This document shows positions 1 to 12,967 of a stretch of DNA of 64,000 nt, piece by piece (position 1 is the stretch's first letter; the number at the start of each line of letters is the position of its first letter). The stretch spans positions 67,394,001-67,458,000 of the forward strand of contig OZ024740.1 in NCBI GenBank assembly GCA_964016885.1, given 5' to 3'. Under the pieces are notes generated by a model. That model was not told the DNA's origin. It was given only the letters and a program-made list of their open reading frames with translations, and did no database searches. Source of the DNA: Eledone cirrhosa (lineage: Eukaryota). Made by a program: the position numbers and the translations under genes.

Positions 1-860
1 CAAGATGCACAAGTGGTTGTAAGCCGGTTTTCATCGGTGACAAAAACATTTGGTCTAACGAAAAGTGAGAAAACGTCATAAACCTTATACCAGCAAAGCC
101 CACAAAGAACAGGCATGTCACTACCTAGGTCCAAATACATTGCACCATCATGTCAAATTCTAATGGAATATAAACCTCAAAATTATATGAAGTTCTTCCC
201 AAACATAGGAAATAAAATCAATTCCATCGCTTCTTTAGACGATGAAATAGTACATAGCATCGCCAAGGTTAGTGACGCCTTTAGAAAGCGATGGGAATGG
301 TATAGAATGAGAGAGTGTAGAGTTTGAAAACCAAATCTGTGTTTAACATTGCTGTATAAGCGATGTCTCAAAAATATCAGTGGTTTCACTTGGAAAGACT
401 AAGTGTTCAATGAACAGTTGTTTCACAAATGTGATCACAAAGCTTAGAGGCCTTAGTGATGTTTCAATAAAGATGGGCTGGCCATGTTGCTAGGATAAAT
501 GAAGAAAGACTGCCGAAAATTCTCACGTATGGTTAACTTCAAGCGGACGTGCGAAACTTATGAATAACTCTTCTTAGATACAATGATAAATTGAATAATA
601 ATATCAAGCCTACTGGAATACAACCATCAGAATTTGGAAACCGTGATAGTAAAACTATATAAATGGACTTAGGCGTCGTATCGACCCAACGATTGAGTAC
701 CAAGTTGATCTAATGCAAAGTGAAAAGAAAACAGTTTCTGTTCAACGATTTGTGTGTGGAGCGTGTGGTCTGGTCTGCAAAAATAGGACAAGTTTAATGA
801 CTCACAGGAGACATAGTCACTAAAATGTTGAATAAGTGCAAAGGAAACAGTTTAGCCCTC
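1..860 (+). pseudogene. Degenerate 3' part of an RTE-clade (BovB-like) LINE ORF
   Basis: Broken-frame translation gives RCLKNISGFTWKD..NEQL, RWAGHVARINEERLPKIL.YG and a terminal C2H2-like CGACGLVCKNRTSLMTHRRH, typical of RTE C-termini; many stops. Confidence 0.7.
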
Positions 861-885
861 ACTCTTCGAACACGATGAAAGATTT

Positions 886-930
<45 letters not shown>

Positions 931-959
931 AAAAGGAGGTCAAGTATGTTATAAATAGC

Positions 960-1006
960 TGCTCCGAAGAATCCAAACCTCGGTTTGGAGGAAACAATTG
1001 TAAGCA
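960..1006 (+). ncRNA. Minimal type I hammerhead-like motif (U4C core) in a ~115-bp island between (TA)n tracts
   Basis: TGCT-CCGAAGA-aTCCAAACCtcGGTTTGGAg-GAAA-CAATTG-TA-AGCA: stem I TGCT/AGCA, strong stem II, palindromic stem III, GUA site; AATAAA follows. Confidence 0.65.
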
Positions 1007-1041
1007 AATAAATGACTTAAACTGAGCTTTGATTACTGTAA

Positions 1042-1111
<70 letters not shown>

Positions 1112-1145
1112 GGTGGGTGTTTGTGCGTGTGTGCGTGTGTGTGTA

Positions 1146-1337
1146 TAATTGTTTCTACTTTTGGCACAAGCTAGCAATTACCCAGTGCATTACTGGTACT
1201 TTATTTTATCGACCCCGTAAGGATGAAAGGCAAATTAAACCTCGACGGGATTTGAACACAGTCCGTAAATGGACGTAACTATGTTGCAAAGCATAGTGTC
1301 CGCCGATCCTCTACCGATACTGCCAATTCACCGCCCT
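1146..1337 (-). mobile_element. tRNA-derived SINE (octopus-type), full length
   Basis: Reverse complement starts GGGCGGTGAATTGGCAG, has B-box GTTCAAATCC, body CTTACGGGGTCGATAAAATAAAGTACCAGTAATGCACTGG and end AGAAACAATTAT; many copies in window. Confidence 0.85.
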
Positions 1338-1917
1338 TATATATGTATGTATAATGCATAACGAATATATGCATAACGAGAATAAGCATAAGAATGACAA
1401 ATTCGAGATGAGGTTCAAAGTAAGAAATACTCACGTTGTGAAACATTTGTTCATGCAGTGTATGTTTATGTTATAAGCGTGTGATTCACTAAACCGTCCG
1501 TGTTGTTTGGGATTTTATATGTTATAGTAAGTTAAGGAGGGGCCATAGCATATAGTGTTAATATGTTCATGCAGTCGCAGAAGCTGATATAGGTCTACAT
1601 ATACATACATACTGACATATATACACACAAACACACACACACACACACACATAAATGCATCCATCCATACATAAACACACACTCATATATGTATATATAT
1701 ATATATGTGTCACCCATGCATACATTCACACACATATATGCATTTGTTTATAAACAATTATATCAGTACGCCTAGAGTACAGTAAAACATACGAACGAAG
1801 CCCCCATTTCCCCACGCATGCACATATATTTATACATATGTAATGTGTATATCTATACCCCCCTCTCTCTCTCTATATATATATATATATACATATCCAT
1901 ATGTGTGTACGTGCTTG

Positions 1918-1946
<29 letters not shown>

Positions 1947-1951
<5 letters not shown>

Positions 1952-2063
1952 GTTTCTTCTTTTGGCACAAGGCCAGCAATTATCCAGTACATTACTGGAA
2001 CTTTATTTTAGTACCAGTAATGCACTGCGTAATTGCTAGCTTTGTGCCAAAAGTAGAAACAAT

Positions 2064-2066
<3 letters not shown>
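1947..2066. repeat. Fold-back of two SINE 3' ends inside (TA)n
   Basis: ataattgtttcttcttttggcacaaggcc...actgga is followed by its imperfect reverse complement gtaccagtaatgcac...gtgccaaaagtagaaacaattat. Confidence 0.75.
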
Positions 2067-2137
<71 letters not shown>

Positions 2138-2268
2138 GGGTGTCCCCCAAAAATGTATACTCGCTTCAACAGCATTCTAATAAAAGTGAATACATTTTTT
2201 GTGACACCTCGTGTATATATATATATAATATAAGCACGCAAACACATATGCATATATGCATATATGTA

Positions 2269-2308
<40 letters not shown>

Positions 2309-3003
2309 GCGAAGAAGATCACACATACCCGCATGCGTTCACATATTTCATTATAAGTATTATACTTTAGATATATGTCTTCGTGTGTGTTCAGACCTGA
2401 GGTCTTCTGTATAGAGGGTGGTCTACCCTACACTCATTCGTGAATGATAAAGTAAAACAACAAACAGAAACAATGCAATACAAGTAAAAATACAACAAAG
2501 ACAAAATGGAAAGCAAAGGATCAGATGCCACATGCGATCAGTTTAGATAATGTTTTGTATTATATTATTATTTCATCATTTTATTATTTTCATTTTTTTT
2601 TTTTTCTGGTTATTTTTTTCTTTACTTTCTTGAAGACACAGGAAATGGCATGTCTCTGTACGTGTGTCAGTGTGTGTTTGTGCGTATGCTTCTAAGTGTG
2701 TGTGTGTATGTTTTTTTTTAATTCTTTCTTTGTGACAACACTCGGGGCTTTGAAGCAAAATCTTCAAAATGTATAACAACGATCACAAGAACAACAACAA
2801 CAACAACAATAATAATAATAATAATAATAATAACCACAGTAAATACAACAGCAACAACTACTGTTACAGCTTCTTCTGCTGCTACTACTAACATCACCAT
2901 ACCAACAACATCCCTCACTACACCAACTACCTCAACTACTACTACTACTACAACTACGAATACTACTACTACTATTGCTGCTGCTGCTACTACATCTACT
3001 AAT

Positions 3004-3185
3004 AATTGTTTCTACTTTAGGCACAAGGCCAGCAATTATCCAGTGCATTACTGGTACTTTATTTTATCGACCCCGTAAGGATGAAAGGCAAAGTTAACCT
3101 CGGCGAGATTTGAACTCAGACCATAAAGGGGCGTAACTCTTTGCTGCAAAGCATGGCGTCAGACCCTCTATCGATACTGCCAATA
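3004..3185 (-). mobile_element. tRNA-derived SINE copy flanked by TAA repeats
   Basis: Same family as 1146-1337; aataat on the left and (AAT)n on the right. Confidence 0.85.
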
Positions 3186-3289
3186 ATAATAATAATTTCT
3201 AATGTTATGAAGTAGGAAAACATGTCAATCTTTAAAACTAATGTCATTGACAATATGGCATGCAGGTTGGCATGAAGAGATGGTGGGTT

Positions 3290-3745
3290 ACCAACAACAA
3301 TAACATCAACAACAAAATCTATGACAGCAGCGACATTAACAACATTAAGAAGAAGAGCAACAGCAACAGCAGCACCAGCAACATCATGAACAAAATAGAA
3401 CACCAGCAGCAATGGTAGCAGCAATAAGAACAGTAACAATAATAACAATAGGAACAACAGGAGCAGCAACAATAACAGCAACAGCATGAACAACAAAAAC
3501 AACAATAATATCACAGTGACAACAGGAGCGCAATAACAACAACAAAACATGTAAAACAATAACAATAACAATAGCACCAACAACAACATCAGCAGCAACA
3601 TCATGACCAACAAAATCAACAGCAAAACAACAGCAGTATTACCAACAAAATCAATAATAACAAAAACAACAAGAGCAACAGCAGCAGCAAGAACAACAGT
3701 AACAGCAACAATAGTAGCAACAGCAGTAGCAACAGCAAGAACAAC
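3290..3745. repeat. Degenerate (CAA/CAG/TAA)n trinucleotide tract
   Basis: Directly visible; explains the poly-Leu and Thr-rich spurious ORFs. Confidence 0.9.
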
Positions 3746-3749
3746 AGAC

Positions 3750-4030
3750 TTCGAGAAGCAAAACTTGATAACCAAGTTGCCATTGCATGTAGCATACCAG
3801 ATAAAAATGCTAGCATCGCCAAACTGTAAGATTGTTATTCGGTCTGGCCTTTTGCCGTCCTCTCGGCCCAACCACGCTAACTTGTGCTGGGAAGAGAATC
3901 TTGTGATGTCCAAGCCATGCTTTATGATCTTGTTGAGAGCAGCATGGCTAGTGAGGTGACCGGTACTGTAACAGCTTGCTAGTGGGTTGAGGCCGAATGA
4001 GCCCAAAGTTGTTCCTCAGCGTCAGCTGTA
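3750..4030 (-). pseudogene. Fragment of a restriction-like endonuclease (RLE) domain from a CRE/HERO-like non-LTR retrotransposon
   Basis: HAALNKIIKHGL...GREDGKRPDRITIL..G....IWYATC resembles the RH..(E)P..L...DGKRPDG.T..PW..G..L.WD.TC motif of RLE-type elements. Confidence 0.65.
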
Positions 4031-4209
4031 ACATTAAACGAGAACAACGATAAGACACGAGGTTTTATACAAAACCCCACAATTTACAGTGAATGATCCG
4101 TCATAGCGAATGTGTCTGTTCATAATCTGTGATAAATATATATATGCTTCTGTAGCAGTGTCTGCTAATCGTTTTTGTAACTAAATCTCGAACCCATAAT
4201 TATTATACA

Positions 4210-4247
4210 CTAGCAGAAAAACCACCCTTCGGGTGGTTTTCTGCTAG
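4210..4247. repeat. Perfect hairpin bounded by CTAG
   Basis: ctagcagaaaaccaccc-ttc-gggtggttttctgctag. Confidence 0.8.
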
Positions 4248-4654
4248 CTTGTGTAGTGTGTATATTGATATTATACGCAAGTATATATGCATGTAGATAT
4301 GATACATCAAATAAAATCGCAATTGATATACATCAAATAAAATCGCAATTGACAATATACACAAAAATTGAACGAAGGCTGTGTTACACTGTCTTATGTA
4401 ACCAGTAACGTCATCCATGATACATAAAAAAAAGACGATATTATATATAAACTGCATTAGGAAAAAATTAGTGACAGAAATATATGAATATTTATTTAAA
4501 CGATCACTAACCGGAAGTGTTGTCATTTCAGAATTTTAAAGAAGTGAAACTTTAAATAAGTAATAAAATATGTTTAATGAACAGCTACGAAATTTATTAG
4601 ATAAATTATGTAATATTCATTCATTATTTATTGAAAGTAAGGTGGATTTATTGA

Positions 4655-4846
4655 GGGCGGTGGATTGGCAGTATTGGTAAGGGTCGGACGCCATGCTTTG
4701 ACGTATAGAGTTACGGCCCTTGCCATTCTGAGTTCAATCCCGCCAAGGTTAACTTTGCCTTTCATCCTTACGGGGTCGATAAAATAAAGTACCAGTAATG
4801 CACTGGGTAATTGCTGGCCTTGTGCCTAAACGTAGAAACAATTATT
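4655..4846 (+). mobile_element. tRNA-derived SINE with target-site duplication
   Basis: Full head-to-tail copy; attatttattgaaagtaa occurs at ~4624-4641 and ~4841-4858. Confidence 0.85.
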
Positions 4847-5295
4847 TATTGAAAGTAATCCAACTTATTTTACTCAGGGGATAACAAATTATAAACCGTA
4901 CGCAGTCCGGCGCTTCTTACTTTATTATAGTTTAGATCGAGATCCCTCAGCAACCTAATTTGGTTTAAATTGTTTTAAAGAGAAAATGTTTTCAAATCAC
5001 AGACAACAATTGATAAATGTTCAATACACTTTATTAAAACATTTAATCTTTTTTTCAGAGATTATTAAAGAGAATCTTAGAAACCAGAATTCTCGGAATT
5101 CACTTTGCGAAACGCTGATATAGACATTGGCTTAGTGCAATATTTTTAAAGCAAATGAGGAAAGATTATAATATGGTCACTAAACCTACTTAAAGCAGAC
5201 ACTATATTCTTTAAAATAGACATTAAGTCTGAAAATATGACTGTGATAACGATTACAATGCACCGTTGTGTTAACTCTATTAGCTTACAGCTGTA

Positions 5296-5345
<50 letters not shown>

Positions 5346-8300
5346 CGGTAAAGAATCGAGCCCAAAAGGCTTACGGTGGCATTCTCTTAAAGATCATTTT
5401 ATCCTCATAAACCAGGAACGGCACATGGAATAAAATATTTCTCAGTGTACTCTGCCTGAAAATTAGAGAGGAAGATCACGACTAGAACGCTGTTGATCAT
5501 TGCTCAGTCAAGTAAATCACAGCTGACCTTGGGCTAAACAACAATAACACCATAAACAACTGATAACAAAACACACACTATCGACATTTCAATTGGTTGT
5601 GACACAGTATCAATATGACCAGCCTTCATCTTTTTGAGTTTGTGTCAAGAGCATATAAAATATACATCTAATTTCATTGAGATTGTTAAGTCGTTCCAGC
5701 CGTGCGTATCACACTTATATGTAATTTTTCAGAGAATTATATATCTAATAAAGAAGGACTTGACAGAATCGTTAGAAGATCGCATAAAATGCCTTGTGGT
5801 ATGTATTCCTATTCTATGCGCTCTATATAAATCCTTCAACTTTTTCTCAACGTTGTTTTAGGCTTGATAAATATAATACCAGTAGAAAACTGCTAACGAC
5901 AGTTCTTTTTTTTCCCCTTTTTCTCGAGTTTTCTTTATAGCTCGCTCTTTCTCTTTCCCTCTCTTTCCAATTTTTGGAAACGGCTATGCTGCAGTTAGAA
6001 AAATGTCACATATGCCCCTTTCTCTAGAAATGAAGAATGGTTGAGTGAGGGCATAAGAAACTTTTCACACACACAAAAAAAGCAAGAAAACAAAAACGAA
6101 GAAAAACACTCATATGATTTTCTATTGGAACAGTCAATGCAAAGGAAATATAAATGTAGTATTCTTCAGAATAAATTTTCCAATATGTCCTCACTTTTTT
6201 GTACAAGAATTCGAAGGGATATTTAGGTGCTATGTCTAGAAGGTCGTTTAATCGTACTTAAACTCCGCCCCTCATCGTGCTCTTTATATTTGATGCGTTA
6301 ACGAAGATGCGTTGTTGTTACAGATTTTGAATTTCCATAAGGTGCATAAAGCTGAAGTAATTTGATAAGATCACATATTATTTATTATTAATCCCTTCAA
6401 TATACACTTGAATATGCACAAGCAAGAGCTGAAGTAATGGTATATAACCCCCAAATAAGCGTACAATTTAATACTATAAATGATGTCAATTTTTGAGTCA
6501 GTTTCTTTATTCTTACTATTATTAAACTTATTAGACACGAATCATTGGATTATAATCTTAAATGATTATAGTCACTCAGTCATTTCATTAGATTTAAGAA
6601 GAAACCACATACTTAAGAAGAAAGCATAAAGGAACAATGAACTATTGGGTGAAATGTACGTTTATGCATTAACAATTATATGAGGTTGCAAATATAAATG
6701 TTATGAATACACACACCACACACACACACACACACATATACGCCCCCACACACATACACACCCACACACACACTCATACATGCACATAAAAGCACTGCTA
6801 GAGTAGATATAGTTTGTTATTTAGTGGCTAATATTTATGTGTCATCTCGGAATTTTATTTAATTTTCAGCCATCACGATATTTCGTTTGATTAAATCTAC
6901 TCAGTTCTCCTCTTTCCCGTACTGAGAATGGCAATCTTCAGCCAATTCACTTGGGCCATCTAAGGAACATATTAATAACTTCATTAACGATTTATAATCT
7001 ACACAATTAAGTTAAATATTTTAAAAGGCCTAATATGTGTATCATAAACGATCTATGAACGCCACAATTCAATTACATATCTGCAGGACTAAAATGGGGA
7101 TCTGGGGGATTAAAACGAAAAGTTTATTATTTATTGTCGATTACTAGAAACTAACTATTGAAACAACTCGATAGTCAATGAAAGTAAAATCACAGGATAA
7201 ATGCTACACAAAACGCCATATAATTATGTGGCTAGATGCAAGATAAAAATACTTATTATTTAAATATCATAAAAAGGTGATCAATCTAAAACACTTGAAA
7301 CATAGCTATAAAATAGAAATACACTGAAATAAATCAAATATCGGTTAAACTTCATAAAATAAATTATTTGATAATTCTTTCAGAAAACACAACGCAGAGA
7401 GTATGGTGCGCATTAAAATATATATATATTGTACATATGTATATGTATATTTGTGTTTGCGCGCGCGTGTGTGTCTGCCTGTGTGTACTATGTTCCTATT
7501 GCGGATTTTCTCCTGTGACTTTTCATGGATTCAAAGTGGCAATAACCCAAGTTAACTGTACCTTTTTCTAATTTGGTGTCAATATATATGCAGGGAACCA
7601 TTTCCCAGTATGAATTAATAAAAAAAAAAAATCATAGCCACTTATGTTCTGGTTGGTGTGATTCCTAGATTACTATTACAAGATAGGTTTGTAAGGTCAC
7701 ACATGCAGGGCATGTGTAATCTGCTTATGTATATATATACATATATATATATATATATAATATATACACAGACACACACACTCGCGCGCGCAAACACACA
7801 CACACGCACATATTCACACACACACAAACACACAAACACAAACACACACACACGCACACATTTATATATATATTCGTATCTGTTAATGGTAATATATATG
7901 AATTAGGCATGTAATATATAATACCAAATGTCCCTGGAAGTTTATTTTATCTATTTTGCTATCTATCTATCGCTAAATGTGGACAGTTGAGATATGCAAT
8001 AGGATGGCCTGTCAGATAAACTAACTGCTCCCAGTATCTGTATTCATCAAATATAAGAGCTCACTGCACAGCACTGGCGTACTATATATGCTAGCATGCC
8101 ATCAGAATTGTAAAAAAAAAATGTAATTTAAAATGGCAGCTGTCTCATTCCAGATGATGCCCTGATGATATAGGACAATGATAAAACCATTCCTATCTGA
8201 TAGATTAGCGTTCCCACTGCGGATGACAGCCTTATCATACTTTCTTCCTTTTCAACGCCTAAGTTGGATAAGTATCTATTTGCATCAATTACTATCATGT

Positions 8301-8950
8301 CTATAATAACAGGTGTAATTTATGTTAATGACATTAATCTCTTAATATCACATTTAATAAATAAAACTAATACATTCATGCCGTAAAAAGTGACGGCTAT
8401 TTTTTTCCATCTCGGATCATTTTATATACTGGTTTGGATTCCATATTCATCAGATTATTTTTATTTTCTTAAATGGAAATATACATAAGCATATGTATCA
8501 GTATTTATCTGCGAAATCCCTTTGCTACTATATAGATGCGTATTAGATCACAGAGTGTCGCTAAAGAGACATGTGTCTAGTATAGCATTGCGTTGACCAA
8601 TGTTTCGCAAGTGAAATTTGGCAAATGGAAATTTATTCAAGCCTACTCTCTATGTATATGTATGCATGTCAATTTCTTTGTCTTTCTCTGTGTCTTTCTC
8701 CCTCCTCTTTTCTCTCTCTTTATATATATATGTATCGACAGTCGATTGACTTTCGTCAAATCGAACTGAGGAAACAATGTTTCCGTTGGTCTTTCCAATT
8801 GTTAATACACTCTGTTGGACCCAACACCAGGTAGAAGGAGTAGCGTGGGGATAATAAAGTGTCTTGCTGAAGGACATAACGCATCAGGAATGGAAAATAA
8901 CCTCACGATTGCGAATCCAATTATGTTACTACTCAGCCACGCGCCTTCAC

Positions 8951-9071
<121 letters not shown>

Positions 9072-9099
9072 ATATATATATGTATATATATATATATAC

Positions 9100-9173
<74 letters not shown>

Positions 9174-9272
9174 TATATAGTAATAATAATATATTTGAAG
9201 CCTAAAATACAAAGAGGGCTCGATAAGGATAAATATATATGAAATATATAAGAACCGTAGAGTAAATATTTC

Positions 9273-9395
9273 TTAAAATAACAGTTTAAAGTTTAAGCAA
9301 AGAATCGCTGCTTTCACCATTAACGGCATCTTCTGAAACTCCCGTTAAGGGTGAAAGCACCGATTATTTGCTTAAACTTTAATCTGTTATTTTAA
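9273..9395. repeat. Fold-back element containing a hammerhead-like motif (minus strand 9290-9340, CAGAAGA core)
   Basis: Arms ttaaaataacag...ttaacgg and ccgttaa...ctgttattttaa; minus strand reads AGTTT-CAGAAGA-tgccgttaatggt-GAAA-GCAgcgattcttTGC-TT-AAACT; homologue at 57854-57920. Confidence 0.65.
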
Positions 9396-9469
9396 TAAAT
9401 AAATATATATATATATATGAATATATAAGCTCGATGGAGCATGCAGCAACTGATATACTCATGTTTATA

Positions 9470-9516
9470 AGCTCTGAAGATTCCTGCCATAGTGTAAGGA
9501 TGAAACACTGTTAGCT
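9470..9516 (+). ncRNA. Minimal type I hammerhead ribozyme candidate
   Basis: AGCT-CTGAAGA-tTCCTgccatagtgtaAGGAt-GAAA-CactG-TT-AGCT followed by AATAAA, in a ~135-bp island between (TA)n. Confidence 0.6.
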
Positions 9517-9561
9517 AATAAAATTATGAATTTCTAAGCACTCTTTGGTTATTCCTATAAC

Positions 9562-9593
<32 letters not shown>

Positions 9594-9824
9594 TTAGAAA
9601 CACACAGATACATGCGGACACACACATATACATGAATGCATCCGCACCCAACCGTGAGTTAAGGGTGCCAACTTCACCGATGTTGCTCAATGAATGACTG
9701 GGACAGACCAATCCGGTTGAACTAGACTGAACCAGTATCAGAGTTAAAAATACATTATGAAGAGAGAAGAAACATTTAGATATAATTAGTAATAAAATGT
9801 ATCATACCTAAACTGCTCCTAGAT

Positions 9825-9914
9825 TCCTCGACTACGTAGTTTCGTGGCATAAACAAAAACAATACATCATAAAGATATAGAGTCCTTGCGAGGTCTGCCG
9901 ACTTATCAAGAGGA
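9825..9914 (-). ncRNA. Type I hammerhead ribozyme, U3-A8 variant (copy 1)
   Basis: TCCTC-TTGATAA-GTcGGCA...TGCCAC-GAAA-CTACGTAG-TC-GAGGA; GUC cleavage site. Confidence 0.8.
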
Positions 9915-10417
9915 TACCTCATTTTACTAGTCTCAAGAACGCGTCTACACGACGTGAGAAAGAATCCCAAAAGGCGGAGGGGGAGATAGTCACGCGATAT
10001 AACGGTCGAGAAACAGAGCTAAGCCTCTTATAACCCCGAAGAAAATACCACGGAGGCGGAGGGGGTATTTATATCGAAGCCGTAGAAGAGGTGGTGAAGG
10101 AGACGAGAAGTATGAGTAATGGAAGCTTTCCAGCAGTCCCCACACCTCAAAGATTGCTCGACCAGAGGGAGTTATTAACAATATATTTAGAAACACACAG
10201 ATACATGCGGACACACACATATACATGAATGCATCCGCACCCAACCGTGAGTTAAGGGTGCGAATTTCACCGATGTTGCTCAATGAATGACTGGGACAGA
10301 CCAATCCAGTTGAACTAGACTGAACCAGTATCAGAGTTAAAAATACATTATGAAGAGAGAAGAAACATTTAGATATAATTAGTAATAAAATGTATCATAC
10401 CTAAACTGCTCCTAGAT

Positions 10418-10507
10418 TCCTCGACTACGTAGTTTCGTGGCATAAACAAAAACAATACATCATAAAGATATAGAGTCCTTGCGAGGTCTGCCGACTTATC
10501 AAGAGGA
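10418..10507 (-). ncRNA. Type I hammerhead ribozyme, U3-A8 variant (copy 2)
   Basis: Same motif 593 bp from copy 1. Confidence 0.8.
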
Positions 10508-11010
10508 TACCTCATTTTACTAGTCTCAAGAACGCGTCTACACGACGTGAGAAAGAATCCCAAAAGGCGGAGGGGGAGATAGTCACGCGATATAACGGTC
10601 GAGAAACAGAGCTAAGCCTCTTATAACCCCGAAGAAAATACCACGGAGGCGGAGGGCGTATTTATATCGAAGCCGTAGAAGAGGTGGTGAAGGAGACGAG
10701 AAGTATGAGTAATGGAAGCTTTCCAGCAGTCCCCACACCTCAAAGATTGCTCGACCAGAGGGAGTTATTAACAATATATTTAGAAACACACAGATACATG
10801 CGGACACACACATATACATGAATGCATCCGCACCCAACCGTGAGTTAAGGGTGCGAATTTCACCGATGTTGCTCAATGAATGACTGGGACAGACCAATCC
10901 AGTTGAACTAGACTGAACCAGTATCAGAGTTAAAAATACATTATGAAGAGAGAAGAAACATTTAGATATAATTAGTAATAAAATGTATCATACCTAAACT
11001 GCTCCTAGAT

Positions 11011-11100
11011 TCCTCGACTACGTAGTTTCGTGGCATAAACAAAAACAATACATCATAAAGATATAGAGTCCTTGCGAGGTCTGCCGACTTATCAAGAGGA
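11011..11100 (-). ncRNA. Type I hammerhead ribozyme, U3-A8 variant (copy 3)
   Basis: Same motif 593 bp from copy 2. Confidence 0.8.
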
Positions 11101-11393
11101 TACCTCATTTTACTAGTCTCAAGAACGCATCTACACGACGTGAGAAAGAATCCCAAAAGGCGGAGGGGGAGATAGTCACGCGATATAACGGTCGAGAAAC
11201 AGAGCTAAGCCTCTTATAACCCCGAAGAAAATACCACGGAGGCGGAGGGGGTATTTATATCGAAGCCGTAGGGGTTATAAGAGGCTTAGCTCTGTTTCTC
11301 GACCGTTATATCGCGTGACTATCTCCCCCTCCGCCTTTTGGGATTCTTTCTCACGTCGTGTAGACGCGTTCTTGAGACTAGTAAAATGAGGTA

Positions 11394-11483
11394 TCCTCTT
11401 GATAAGTCGGCAGACCTCGCAAGGACTCTATATCTTTATGATGTATTGTTTTTGTTTATGCCACGAAACTACGTAGTCGAGGA
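11394..11483 (+). ncRNA. Type I hammerhead ribozyme, U3-A8 variant (copy 4, in inverted arm)
   Basis: Reads directly on + strand: tcctc ttgataa gtcggca...tgccac gaaa ctacgtag tc gagga. Confidence 0.8.
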
Positions 11484-11552
11484 ATCTAGGAGCAGTTTAG
11501 GTATGATACATTTTATTACTAATTATATCTAAATGTTTCTTCTCTCTTCATA

Positions 11553-11640
<88 letters not shown>

Positions 11641-11949
11641 ATGTATATATAACCTTAGCTCTCTCTCTCTGTTTCCCTTACTTTCCATTTCTCGAACTAT
11701 ACATAGATATGTGTGTGTATATATGTATATATAAAGAGAGAGAGAGGTAGAGAGAGAGAGTGAAAGAAAGAGAGGGAGAGAAAAACATATGTATGTTTTT
11801 CTCTCTCTTTCTCAGTAAGATTTAGGGCTCAAAATAATCGCAGACGCTAACTTAACTAATGCGAAAATGCCGACCCATACTATAACAAAACAGTTAGTGG
11901 TAGTGTTTGCAAGGATAGGGTTAAATATATACCAAAGACTAACTAATTA

Positions 11950-12600
11950 AAAGTAGAATTAGAAAGGTCATCTGGTTCCCACTACTCTACCCCTTTGCAG
12001 TGAAGACTAACTTAGAACATGTTTATAGGTAATATATAAGCACATCCCACCTCCGCATAGGTAAAGTAAGATGTTTAACAGGCAGACGGCGAAAGTTATC
12101 TACTCTTGAGCCCCATCGATGAAATAAAAAAATACAAGAGGACAACCCGGCTGGCTCATATAGGAAGAGGAAGAATTATTCGTACACCAAAAATGTAACA
12201 CAAATCAGTAGACTATGAAGTCATGATTATGCTAAATGCAAACACCCCGCCAGCCGCAAATTAGTGACACAATGCTATTTGAAACTGAGGTATTACTCAT
12301 ATATCGCCTCATTTACACACTAACCTATGAGGAAAAGAACGGCATTAGCAACCCGAGATGGAATGAAACATCTTTATCAAGACCAAGTCATACATTACAG
12401 GAACAAAAATATGTTCACTTCATATTATTGAGAAATATAGGATATTACAAATATCGTACCAGTAAAAGCAAGATGATAAATTAATGCCCACTCATAAACA
12501 CATACCTGCTTGAAGCATGGACCAGTAATATCACAAACCTACCGTCATCTTAACTAACCACAAAATCATAGTATAGCTGCAGACAAATACATTCATATAC
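11950..12600 (+). pseudogene. Highly degenerate Penelope-like element, RT-EN linker and GIY-YIG region
   Basis: Broken frames give VIWFP..Y..AVKTN...KHIPPPHR.SKMFNRQT.KLSYS, matching the IWFNPP..VKTN..KHFP..H.L.KIFN..TVK.SYSC motif of PLEs; boundaries approximate. Confidence 0.6.
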
Positions 12601-12967
12601 TGTATTTCGCAAACAAACCTTAATATAATAACAAACAATCTTGATAAAAAATATCACTGTAATATCACAAATCCACATCCATCCTATTTAACTAGTCATA
12701 CATATACTACGTCTGGCAAACACATCTTAATAAAATAATAGGCGGTATAAGCACAAAATTAGCAAAAGTTATTCCCTCTGAATTAAAAAAAAAATATAAT
12801 TGAGACATAGGATTATCCCACTTGGAACGAAGGAGATCTCATATAAATAACGCCAGCCATCTATCTTTTATAGTTGAGGAAAATCATGCGTGTAGAACTG
12901 CAATCACACAATTTAAGCCGCGTGCAGGACTGGAAATCAATAGTAGCAACGAAAACGTGTTGCAGAC

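Larger units (their letters stand above)
9589..11558 (-). mobile_element. 593-bp tandem array (~2.8 units) plus 288-bp inverted arm; retrozyme-like or Penelope pLTR-like non-coding element
   Basis: Period 593 (ORF-track hits at 9776/10369/10962); near-identical units; inverted arms 10936-11223 and 11271-11558; (TA)n on both sides; one HHR per unit. Confidence 0.85.

Noticed and set aside
4900-8500. Possible host exons in unique AT-rich sequence
   Set aside because: No ORF with recognisable protein features; splice signals alone are insufficient
9589-11270. CRISPR-like or tRNA/5S gene array interpretation
   Set aside because: Units are uniform with no repeat-spacer alternation; no tRNA or 5S fold seen; eukaryotic context
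9776-11532. Repeated 64-aa and 104-aa ORFs in the 593-bp array
   Set aside because: Non-ATG starts and no recognisable domain; they recur only because the DNA is repeated, and the 64-aa frame overlaps the ribozyme
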